Translations under genes and position numbers: made by a program
DNA from: Spirogloea muscicola
Taxonomy: Eukaryota
Direction: 5' to 3'
Assembly (NCBI GenBank): GCA_009602725.1
Contig: WELB01000012.1
Coordinates: 217,430-281,429 of the forward strand
Length of the DNA: 64,000 nucleotides
The notes under the pieces: generated by a model
What the model was told of the DNA's origin: nothing
What the model saw: the letters and a program-made list of their open reading frames with translations, nothing else
The model's database searches: none
In this document: piece after piece, positions 1 through 18,794 of the stretch
Layout of the letters: every line of letters starts with the position of its first letter
Numbering within the stretch: position 1 is the first letter of the stretch

Positions 1-220
1 CCTCCTCGGCGCGCGCCCGCGCCGCGAGCGCAAGCGCGGCGCCCTGCCGCTGCCGCGCTCTCGCCGACTTGGGGCTCCTCCTGCTCCGCCCTGCGCTGCA
101 TTGGCCAGCCCCGGGCACCACCTCCGGCCTCGCCTCCCTCGCCGGCTGCCTGCCTGCATGCTCTCCACGACGGCCCCCGCGCTGCGCCCGCGAGCCTGAG
201 CGGCCGCTGCTGCGGCCGCC

Positions 221-3200
221 ATGGCGCTGGCTCTGGAGAAGCTGCTGCCGCAATGCGCGGCCCTCGGGCTCGGCGGCGGATGCCCGCCGGCCTCGCGGGG
301 CCACGGCCAGATATGGATCCCCGCGGACACTCCCAGCTGCTCCTCGCGGCCGGGCGGCCAGCAGTGCTCGCGCCGCGTGGCCGGGCCGTCGGCGAAGCAG
401 CACGTGCTCCTGTGCCAGAGCGGCGGCCGGGCCGACCAGGTGGCCTTCTTCCGGTCGTCCCCGAACAGCGGCTCGCTGGAGAGCGTCAGCGGCTCGGGAG
501 ACGAGCAGGACCCGCTGTTGGAGGAGGTCCTGGACGGCGTGCAGGTCGAGGACGCCGACCTCGTGCTGGCGAGCTCCGAGGAGTTTGTCGCCTCCGATGA
601 CGATGCTGGTGTGCTCGGGGAGCTTGTGGAAGAGGAGGAGGAGGAGGAGGAGGAGGAGGAAGAGGACGTGGAGAAGCTCGTGAGCCTGCCGCTCAAAACC
701 GGCACCCTGAATGACATCCTCCGTGCCAAGCTCGGGGACCGCTTCCAGCAGTTCATCGAGGTCGCGTCCCTCCTGTCGGACATGGGGGTCGAGACGCTCT
801 CTGTCGTGAAGGCAGCGCAGTACGCCGACGCGGTGCCTAATGTCAAGGTGGTGAAAGAGCTGGTGTCGGAGCTCAGCAAGCATGGGATGGGCAAGGCGGA
901 CATAGCTCGCCTCTTCAGCAGGCGGCCCAAGGCCGTGCAGAGCTCTCCAGGTAGCCAACACAAGCGGGCCTCCCAGTGTGCATTGCTTCTGATTCACCTT
1001 GGTCTGGCAAGCTCGTGTCTCAAGCTGCGGTACAGTATCATGAGTGCCAGAGCTTCTGTGCGTCGGGAGTCACGCCCGTGACACGTCCTGCAATTAGGGT
1101 TCTCACAACAAGCACTGTACGGGTAATCTGCAGTCAGAGAGGTACAAGAGGGGCTTTGGTTCCGCTGAGCCTGGGATGTCGCACAAGAGCTCCTTGTTGT
1201 TGTCGTCACAGCGGCGTGACTCTCACCGTGTCCATTCCTTCCCCTCCCGCAGCTTCCGTGGCCTTCAAGTTCGTCTTCCTGCAGGCCCTCGGGATGAGCC
1301 GGCCCTCCGTCGTGAAGACGTTCGTGACCTGCCCACCCCTGCTGGACTTTGACCTCGACAACATGGCCAAAGTCATCAGCTTCTACAGCAACTCTGGTGT
1401 TGCTGACGCGGACCTCGCCAGGTGCCCCTTTCGCTGTGCAAGAATGAGCTGCTCCAGGCCGATACCTGATGACTTGAGAACCTCAGAGTCATGCAATTGC
1501 AGCTTGTCCTCAGATCCATTGCCAGAGGCAGGGGCAATGTGAGATTGTACGGGCTTTGAAATTCAGAGCATTTCCTTAATACGCACGGAAGAAGTACAAG
1601 CACTAGACTCCCATTACATAGTAGTGGTGCGCTCTGTTGCTCTCTGCAGGATAGTGAGAAGGCGGCCGCAGCTGCTCGGCTACAGCGTGGACCGGCTTGC
1701 ACAAGTGGTGAACTTCCTCTTCAACGCAGGCGTGACCAAGGAGGACATTGGGCGCCTTCTCCGCAAGTCGCCCGAGGTCCTTGCTCTCAGAGTTGACCGC
1801 AATCTGACCTCAAAGGTTGAGCTGCTGCTATCATTGGGGTTGACCCCCATAGCCCTCGGCAAAGCGCTTGCACGCCGACCCGCCATCCTGAGCTACAGCA
1901 CCAACCACCTTCAGGTGACGGGTGTGGCCCATAGTTTGCTGCGAAGTTCTCCCAGGATGTTGAATCGATAGCTGAGCAAGCAACAGCCACTGCCAGCCAA
2001 GTGTGTCACTGAAGGTGTGGAGCGCACCTCGCATGCCGCCTTCCAAATGCAGAGCTGCCCCCCTAACACCCCTCCCATCCTGGGCCTCTGTCTGCAGGCA
2101 GCAGTGAATTTCCTGCGGGATCAAGGCTTGAGCCCATCCGAGCTTGGACGCCTGCTACAGCGGTTTGCAGAGGTCCTTGTGCTGGACCCTCAGAAGAAGC
2201 AGCAGCCGATGGTGGACTACCTGATCACTCTGGGGGTGAAGCGCGAGGACATTGGCAAAGTGCTCCTCCGACGCCCGCAAGTCCTTGCCTTCTCCGTTGA
2301 GGGCCTGCACAATGTGGTGGACTTTCTCCTCTCTCTTGGCATCACCCCGCCTCACCTGGCGCGCATTGTGACAGCGGCGCCCCAGGTATACCTCAGAGTT
2401 CCTTCCTTGTGTTGTGCACATCTGAGAGATAGCGATATTTTGCTGCGACGTGTACATTGCTCGCTTATCTACATAGTGTAGTCAGTGCAGGAGCATGCTG
2501 CTTCCACTTAATTTCAGTCGGCTGGATTTCGCCCCATTGCCAGGTGCTCACGCTGAGCGTCGAGGAGAAGCTCAAGCCCATGATTGCCTTCCTAAGAGAG
2601 GTTGGGGTGACAGACCAGAAGGATCTGGAGAAGCTGGTGTGGCGCAATGCACAGATTTTGTGCTGCAGCATTGAGAAGAACCTGAAGCCCAAGATTGAGT
2701 ACCTCAAGAGCGTGGGCATCCCTGACGCGGACGTCGTAAGGATGATTGTCATGTTCCCTTCCATGATGGGGCAGGCCCTGGAGACATCCATTGGTGCCAA
2801 GCACGACTACCTCGTCAAAGTCATGGGCCGGTCTGTCTCGGAGGTCATAGACTTCCCCCAGGTGAAGTACACATGAGTAGCTCTGCACTCCTTGTTGCAG
2901 TCGCAAGCTGAGAATGTAACAGCATGATGCTTGCTTCCCTCAGTCAGAACCTGCCTAACTTTTGGAAGTAGTGGCTGTTGTCCAAGGTTGCAGGCTACAG
3001 ACTTTCTGGAGCTAGATTGCTTCCATTGCGTACCCTTGTCAGGCTGTTGAGTTAGTACTTGGTCCTTTGTTGGTCAAAAGTTAGTCCATTCTTCCAAGGC
3101 TTGCTTGCTCACATTCTCAGAAGGTCAAGCGTCTTGCTGCTGCCCAATGCGTGCAGTATTTCGGCTACAGCCTGGAGGCCAGGATAAGGCCACGGCACGA

Positions 3201-3423
3201 GACACTGCAAGAGCTTGGTATCCGCACAAGCCTAGCGTCCATGCTCGCCTGTGTGGATGAAGACTTTGAGGCACGGTATGTTCTGAAGCAGCCTCCCCAA
3301 CGGGCCCCATACAGAAGCCGGCGTAGGTCAGCAGAGGCCACCTTGGCCGCTGTAGCGGCCTCTGTATCTTCGAAGCTCGAGGCAGACTCCAGCTTTCCTC
3401 AAGAGGCTGAGGTTGAGGTGTAG
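221..3423 (+). CDS. mTERF-family organellar transcription termination factor, 6 exons (221-950, 1253-1421, 1650-1914, 2098-2385, 2544-2861, 3157-3423)
   Basis: Repeated mTERF units (RRPQLLGYSVD, KSPEVLALRVDRNL, RRPAILSYS, WRNAQILCCSIEKNLKPKIEYL) and the C-terminal FPQYFGYSLEARIRPRH. N-terminal transit-like region and a poly-Glu tract. GT-AG junctions join in frame. Confidence 0.93.
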
Positions 3424-4525
3424 TGTACCTGTGCTCCTTCATCTTAGCTTGCCAAGGTGCACAAGTCCTCTAGCTCTTATGACCTGATAAGGCTGGTCAT
3501 CAAACTCAACATTCTGGGAAGATTATGCCATTGCTGTAATCTTCAAGTGCGAAGCTTTTCATCCTCAAGCCTTGTGCACTTCGAGAAGCTCTCTTTTGTC
3601 TTGTCTTCACCTCAACGTATTTGAAGGGCAGGCACACCAGCAGCTTACGATTGAGACGCTCTTTGTCCGTGCTTTGCTTGCTTGCGTGACCACTGTCACG
3701 TCGTTGTTGACACCATCGCCAGTTTAAAAGCTTAGCTCCCTTTCAAAGACCAAGTGTCCTGACCATGAGCATAAGCTCAGAAGGAAAATGACTTGCCTCA
3801 CTGTCCACTGCAGTAACAACTGGAGTATTTCATTGGTAGCAGCAGCTGGACCAAACACTCAGTACCACTTGGAACTCTTATTAGCCTCGTCAGACCTTCA
3901 TTGATCATATCAGCCAGTCCACTTCTGATATGCAGAGTCTTAGCATGATGTGCAAGCGCTATTACAATGTCGTCAATATGGTAAAAGCTCAGAGCTCCTG
4001 TGGTCATGACCAGGTGTCCTGGGCTAGCATCGTTGCCCTACAGTAAAGAGCTCCGAAGCTTCTGTCACCAGTTTCTGTCACCTGCGTAATTGGAAGACTC
4101 ATAGCTGTGTTGTTTATCTCTATGTGCTGAGCTGGTGTGAGCTATAAGCTGCAGAAGCTATAAAGGCTTGCTGCTTGGTGATGGTGTTTGTCGCTGACGT
4201 TACTTTGTCACAATCGGCATGTGTGACCTGCACTTCCATTCCCCATATTGAAGTACACCGTCAACAGCGAGCAATTTGTAAAAAAATGACAGACTGTATT
4301 ATGTCCACGTAATTCCAAACCCCCAATGAATACCTAAGCTTAAATATCGGAGTACCAAGCTCATGTGAAAACGCAACCCTCTGTAGATGGGGTTACAGGC
4401 CCTGTCGAGAAGAACACAGCCTACCTTTAGCATAATGAGTCTTGCATGTCTGGGTGCATGACGTCCCATGCACAAACCCTAAACCCAAGACATGGCCTCA
4501 ACAAATGTGGGATGCAGAACCATCA

Positions 4526-5649
<1,124 letters not shown>

Positions 5650-5769
5650 CCTGGGGGATCGCGGGGCCGAGTCCAGGGGCTGTGGGTTGGGGGTGGGGTA
5701 TTCACAGCTCGGGCCTGGGGTGCCTCGGTGTCTCCCTCTCCGCGGACGGAAGAGACACACCAACAGCTC

Positions 5770-8700
5770 CTCCAAAGTAGGGCCAATGGCTGGCAGGCCA
5801 GCCCAAAAGGCATTCGAGTGCCAAGCACAAGGGCAAGCACACTGACAGACGTGCATCACGTGCTGCTAAGCTGACCGGCTCAGCGACCACGAGTTAGCAC
5901 GTCGGGGTCGCTAGTTGATGCCCGAATACCGGAAGGCAATTTGCAAGCCCTTGTGCCACCAGCTGCAGCTCGACCAGCTTTCTGGTGCAAGCATGAGCCT
6001 GAGCTCGCTGCAAATAGGCTGATACACAACGCCGCAAACACGACAAATAGGCTGCCAGCATGCCCATCTCAGCTTCTGGAAGCATATCCTCACATTGTGC
6101 TTGTCCTTGACTTGCAATGTTCGCAAGTAATGTGCGAAATCGAGGACCCATGCATTCAATGGTGTCAATTGCGGCTGGTAGGAGGTGATCGCTACAGGGG
6201 TAATTGCAGTAGAGCTGCAAGAGGAATGAACAGGGTCCGGAAGGGGCTGGAAGGCGCCAATATATGAGATTACTCTTCTCTCCGTAACTTCTGCGAATGG
6301 ACGCTTAATAAGCTCTAGTCAATATATGCACATCTGAGTAACTAGACAGCGGAACATCGTTGCCATGCAGGTGCGGTGCGCCTGGAGTGAATGGAGGCAA
6401 GCCCGAAAAAGAGCTCTTGATATATAAAGGCAATGCTTATGAGTGGCCAGCCCAAAACGGAAAGCACAAGGCCCTATGGAGAGTTAGCTACAAGGTCTTG
6501 AAGGGCAGGGCCTGAAGGCGCAGACTCGAATTTGTGAATCGACGCTCAATAACCTCTAGTCAGCAAGTGCATATTGAAAAAGATAGCCAATGTCAAAGAG
6601 GGGCTGGAAAGCGCGCTCAACAAGCATGCAGCTAAAGCGCACAGCTATGCACTCACCACAGAGGAGAGTTGCTTTAGTACGCGACAAAAAGCAGCAGCTC
6701 ATCTGCGATGGCTGTGGTGGGAGGCCAGGCCAAGTGAAAGATGCTCCTCCAAAAAAAGAGACAAGCTCGTCCAATGTATGGAAATGCTGTGAAAATAAGC
6801 AGTTCTTCCAGAGGGGGCGAGGAAAGCCAGCCCACAAACGGATGAACAAGGTCCAATGGAGCCGGAAAAGACGTGGAGACCACCAAGGGTGCCTGCTCAG
6901 TAGTTACTAGCAGCCGCAATTAGGGAGAAAGTAGCAGCAGGAAAGTGGCTCTTCCAAGGGGGGCGAGGGCAGTGAAAAATGTAAGCTCTTACAAAGGCCA
7001 GCCCAGAATCAACGCAGGAAGAAAGCCGCACTGCCTAGAGCCGGAAGTGGCAGCCAGGGCACACCCAGCACGACGATGCAAGGCATGTGTCAGGGAGCGT
7101 TGCGAGAATATGAAAGTAGCACTCGACACCAGGGCCTGAGAGCCCGCGGCGTGAGAGAGGCCAGCCTGAAGGAAAAATTAGACTGAGTTCAAAGGGCCAA
7201 AAGGCGCTTAAAGCACACAGCTATGCAAGTGGTACAGTTAATGGGAGCTCAGTAACCCCGAGACAGCAGCCGCAAGTCGGAGTAAATTGCAGCTGGAAAA
7301 TGGACAAGGTCCAAAGAGCTGAATGGCGCCAAAATCAAACAGCTATGCGAGTGACTACAGCGAATGGGAGCTCAGTGACCCCAAGTCTGCAGCTGCAAGT
7401 TGGAGTAACTTGCAGCTGGAAACGAGGCACCCTGACGAGACCAGAAGTAGCAGCCAAAGCGCGGCCTGCTCGCAAGTGCACTGCGTGAGCCTGGGACCGT
7501 TGGAAGGAGACGGACAGCCGCATGAGGAACACCTGGGCAAGCGACCCGGCGGCGCTGAAGCCGGACAGCTCACCTTGCTGCCCCTGCCAACGAGGAGCAG
7601 CTCGGGGTGAGGGCTGGGAATGCCAGCCCACAAAATCATGAATAAGGTCCTAAGGAGCCAAAAGAAGATACAACCGAGCCGGACGAAAGCATGAACAGGG
7701 TCTAAAAGAGCCGGAGGGTGCCAAAAAGGGGGCGATGGTTGTGAGAGAAGCAGCTCTTCCACAGGGGGCGAGGGCTGGCGAAAGCGAGCCCACAAAAGCA
7801 TGAACAAGGTCCAAAACAGAAACAGCTCTTCAGTGGAAGGTTATGGTCGTGAGAGGCCGGCCCAAAGAAAGAAAGCACGGCTGCTGATATTTAAAAGAGC
7901 GGCTGTGAAAGCCAGCCAGATGCATACAGGTGTTCATGACGGAGCCACAGGCTAAGCAGCCAGGGCGCTCTTAGTAACCCCGTGTCAGCAGTAGGAAATC
8001 AGATGAGCTGAGGGGAGGAAGAGCAACCCCGTTGCGCAAGCCAGAGGCTGCTGCAAGGGCGCGACCAGCGCGGCGATGCAAAGCAAGCGCTTGGAAAGAG
8101 GAGGACATTGCCTCCGAAGGCGTGATGGCTGGAGAAGCCAGCCCCAAATGATACGGACATACTGGATGGGCCGGGAAGGGCAGGGAGAGAAACATTCTTT
8201 CATTGCAGCTTGGCAACGCTTTTCCGCCTTCTGGTTAGTTCGATCTGCATTCGTTGTATTAAGGTTGCTGAGTGTAACAACCTGCACCTAGACACACATT
8301 TAGGGGTGAGTAGGGGCAGGTCTCTACATTTGGTATCAGAGGCGTTCTTGCATCATCGGCCGCCTCTGATACCAAATGTAAGACCTTGCCCTACACACGC
8401 AGCCGAATCCAACAAGGTGAGTTGTCCTTGTTGGGTCGGCTGTAGGGGTTCCTGAGCCAACCCTCTACACGGTGAAGCGCACGCGCAGCTGCGCAGCGGA
8501 AGCCTGGGCCTGTGGCGCCGCCGTCAGGCGACTCCACCTCACTGGCACCAGCCAGCAGCTGTCCCGAAGGAAAGGAGCCACGATTCTTCGCAGCAGGCCC
8601 GCGGCTGGCTGCGGCAGCGGCCGCGGCGGCAGGCAGCGGCAAGGCTGCTCTCGGGCTTCACCGGTCCGAACTTTTGCAGTCGGGTCTCGGCCCAAGATTT

Positions 8701-9975
8701 CTGGTATTGCTGCCTCTCCTGCAGCGAGCTACTCAGACCTGATGTTGCTCACTCGTGGATACTGAGGTTCCCTCTGCATCGTCTATGTGTTTTGCAGTGT
8801 TTGCAGGCAAGCGCGGCCAGGTTAACTGGTGGCTGGGAGAGGCCAGCCCAAAGGAATGGACAAGGTCTGAAGGAGCCGGAGTGCTAAGGACTGGCCCCTT
8901 CGAACCTTTGTCAATTTATTTTCGGGCTGGCTTTTCACAGCCCTTGCCCCCGTGCACCTTTCTCGTTAAGGACTGAGACAGCAGCAAGCGGATTCTCAGG
9001 AACCTCTAGTCAGTAGATGCAAGTCTGAATAGCTAGCAGGCGGAAAGACGTCGCCCTAACGGAAGCCGGAGGCCGCCGCCAAAGCGCGGCCTGCGCGAAA
9101 GCACCGCGAAAGCAAGGGACCGCTGCAAAGAGATCGCCAAGCGCATCCGGAAGACTTGGGCGAGGGACCCGGCGACATTGAAGCCAGGTTGCTCGCCCTG
9201 CTGCCCGTGGCGGCGGGCCGCTGCTCGCCGCGCAAGACAGTGAAGCAGGTCAAGCCATATTGCGCCAAAGGCGCCGTGTACGTCGACGGCGAGTGGGACA
9301 AACTCGTCTCTCACCGGGTGATCCGAGTATTTCCATATCTTGGCGCCTGCCGCTTGGCGGACAGCGTAGCCCGCCTCCTCCGACGAGTGTTTTGCAGTAA
9401 AAGTCCTTGTTCCGGCTCCTCTTTCTTTGGCTTTGGACATTGTCCCTTCTTTTCTGGGGCTGGCTTTGCCAGCCCCTCTTCTCTATGGGCGCGCACTTCT
9501 TTGTAGCTTGGCAGTCCCGTGAACTTGCCGACAGCTACTTACTTGAGCATGTAGCATTACCAGCACCAGTCGGATAACCAAACGGTCGGAAGGTCACATT
9601 GAGCGTCCAATCGCAGAGGTCAAATGGAATGAATCTGGGCTTTTGCGCCTTCAGGCCCTTCTCGGACCTTCTCTAATCCTCTTGAGCTGACCTCTCACAG
9701 CCATCCCCTTTCATTTGGAAGAGCAGCTGCTGCTTCCATTTCGTGCACATCGCGCCTGTCTTCAAGGGGGTCCAAACGGGAGGGAGACGGCGACTGAAGA
9801 CGGGAGATAGGCCTCTCTCCCCAACAATAGCCGACGGCCCACGTGGCTGGCAAGCAGGAGGCCCGCACACATCCACAGCAAAGCCCAAACATAGGGGAAG
9901 ATGAGCAGCTCTGTCGAAGGGCGGGGGCTGTGAAATGCCAGCCCACATAAGATCACCAAGGTTAGAAGAGGCCCG
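5770..9975. mobile_element. Cluster of roughly 20 5'-truncated 3' fragments of CRE-like non-LTR retrotransposons, mostly on the minus strand
   Basis: Minus-strand ORF ends resembling LTRGY-stop at about 5880, 6307, 6547, 7250, 7372, 7972 and 8997, and a plus-strand end at 8763-8765. Recurring GCCAGCCC hairpin arms. Translated pieces (LAQVFLMRLSVSFQRSQAHAVHLRAGRALAATSG; LLPAAIDT..LQRAQAHA) match the C-terminus of the ORF at 34518-36750. Confidence 0.9.
8799..9386 (-). mobile_element. 5'-truncated copy of the same family as the 34.5-36.9 kb element (family A), with a 12-bp TSD
   Basis: Encodes EEAGYAVRQAA..YSDHPVRDEFVPLAVDVHGAFGAIWLDLL..LQRSLAFA and the same 3' UTR ending CTGGCCGCGCTTGC. Flanked by GTGTTTTGCAGT at 8787-8798 and 9387-9398. 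Confidence 0.92.
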
Positions 9976-10799
9976 CTTCAGCCACCATGCTGGCCCCCGG
10001 CTTGGCGTGCTACGTGACTGTGGACCACGTCACCGACTGCCCGTTGGGAAAGGTGAAAGCATGTGCAGTCACCCGGCCTGAGGACACTGCTCAACATGGC
10101 CAGGGGCATACACCCGAGGAGGCAAGAGGGAGGGCACAGAGAAGCTAGGCCGCTGGTTCTGCTAATTTTGCAGCCTAACACTCGTGTCAAGGTTAGGAGA
10201 GGGATCAAGCTACATACGTCAGTCACAGTCATTGAGGTCCATAAGCAAAAGGGGTAGTGATAAACTGCTGCAGGACTGCTACTGATACTGCAATCGGAAG
10301 GCCCACACCTCCTTGGACTCTTGTTCTGCAGTATCCTGTGAGGTTGAGGTTCTTACAAGAAAGCTATACCTTGTGGGATGGGTGAATAATCGCAGCCAGT
10401 CTAAATACAGAAGGGCGCGCTGTCATCCAATTTCGCTCAGCTCCTTGCCATGCAGGCTTGGCAGAGCTGAATCTCAGCATGTCCTGCGCCTTGTCAATGT
10501 ACAGCTCCAGGTAGCAGCCAGAATACGTTGTTGGGTTTCTTCGTCATGAGTCATGAAGCTACAGGACATGCGACACACTGTGAACTTGCAACAAGTGCGC
10601 GGGGTGAGACTGCTAATGTGTGTCACGTATGTTCTTAGAGATAGTGGCAGATATAAGAAGGGACCTAGTGGACAAGTACAGGCACAACCAAGTGGGAAGC
10701 AGTGTCTTGAGTAAATAAAAGAATGTATTAGCTCTAAGAGAGTTCAAAAGAATGTTGGGGGTGGCGACACAGTACGGGTGGAGGTGCTGAGATAATTAA

Positions 10800-14058
<3,259 letters not shown>

Positions 14059-14126
14059 CCCAATGCCTCCCGCTTCTCCTTGCGCTGCCGGCAGCCCGGG
14101 CTTGGCGATCTACAGCATTCGTTACA

Positions 14127-14916
14127 NNNNNNNNNNNNNNNNNNNNNNNNNNNNNNNNNNNNNNNNNNNNNNNNNNNNNNNNNNNNNNNNNNNNNNNNNN
14201 NNNNNNNNNNNNNNNNNNNNNNNNNNNNNNNNNNNNNNNNNNNNNNNNNNNNNNNNNNNNNNNNNNNNNNNNNNNNNNNNNNNNNNNNNNNNNNNNNNNN
14301 NNNNNNNNNNNNNNNNNNNNNNNNNNNNNNNNNNNNNNNNNNNNNNNNNNNNNNNNNNNNNNNNNNNNNNNNNNNNNNNNNNNNNNNNNNNNNNNNNNNN
14401 NNNNNNNNNNNNNNNNNNNNNNNNNNNNNNNNNNNNNNNNNNNNNNNNNNNNNNNNNNNNNNNNNNNNNNNNNNNNNNNNNNNNNNNNNNNNNNNNNNNN
14501 NNNNNNNNNNNNNNNNNNNNNNNNNNNNNNNNNNNNNNNNNNNNNNNNNNNNNNNNNNNNNNNNNNNNNNNNNNNNNNNNNNNNNNNNNNNNNNNNNNNN
14601 NNNNNNNNNNNNNNNNNNNNNNNNNNNNNNNNNNNNNNNNNNNNNNNNNNNNNNNNNNNNNNNNNNNNNNNNNNNNNNNNNNNNNNNNNNNNNNNNNNNN
14701 NNNNNNNNNNNNNNNNNNNNNNNNNNNNNNNNNNNNNNNNNNNNNNNNNNNNNNNNNNNNNNNNNNNNNNNNNNNNNNNNNNNNNNNNNNNNNNNNNNNN
14801 NNNNNNNNNNNNNNNNNNNNNNNNNNNNNNNNNNNNNNNNNNNNNNNNNNNNNNNNNNNNNNNNNNNNNNNNNNNNNNNNNNNNNNNNNNNNNNNNNNNN
14901 NNNNNNNNNNNNNNNN
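14127..14916. other. Assembly gap covering the MHX/HAM divergent promoter and the HAM start codon
   Basis: Run of N. Confidence 1.
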
Positions 14917-18099
<3,183 letters not shown>

Positions 18100-18794
18100 G
18101 ATGCCAGCGCTGCTTTGATTCCTTCAGCCCCTTCAGCGACAGACAGTTCGCATTTGGCTGAGCCGTCGAGCCGGGGATGCCTCCTGTGTTTCTCTTGTGG
18201 GGCGCATGTTATCCTGCAGTGTACTACAGTGGGCGCAGATCACTTGGGTGCTTTATCTTGCACATTATCTTACTTCTTGCATTCCGACGCGCAAATGGTG
18301 GTGTCAAATATTATTCAGTTTCATTGTTTGTGGTTCTTGTCCTATCTACGAATGTAGATGTAGTTAAGGACCAGGCTTCCTGTGACGCATGATTCAATGT
18401 GTACATATATCCACTCTTGATGTACTCTTTGGAGGTGTCAAGAGTTCCTATTCCCACTTTGCACGTGCTCTATAAGCTTGTGTGGCAATACCGCTCAGCC
18501 AGACTCTGTCATTGAGGTTAAGCAGAATGTGGAATTCAGCAAATAGGAAACAGCCAACCCTACATCAGAGTCCAAAGCGGGGCTGCTTGAGCAGATGTGG
18601 CCATGGAAGATGTACACGGAATGACGTACAAAGAGATGCTCATCTACTTTGTCGAAATCACTCTGTAGGATCGAAGCAAGAGTGTATAGCTCTGATGAGA
18701 TATGTAGGGCAATGCTGCTGAAAGCAGGTTGCTCTATTGTGCAAGCCAGAGGGACACCAACAGGTCTGAACGTACAGCCCCAAGCAACTGCATC

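Noticed and set aside
4474..4486. AAACCCTAAACCC telomere-like sequence
   Set aside because: Fewer than two repeat units in a 3' flank; could occur by chance.
5770..9975. Recurring hairpin units as a CRISPR-like or RT-associated repeat-spacer array
   Set aside because: Spacing and orientation are irregular, and the units carry ORF ends and TSDs, so they are retrotransposon 3' ends. There are no cas genes.
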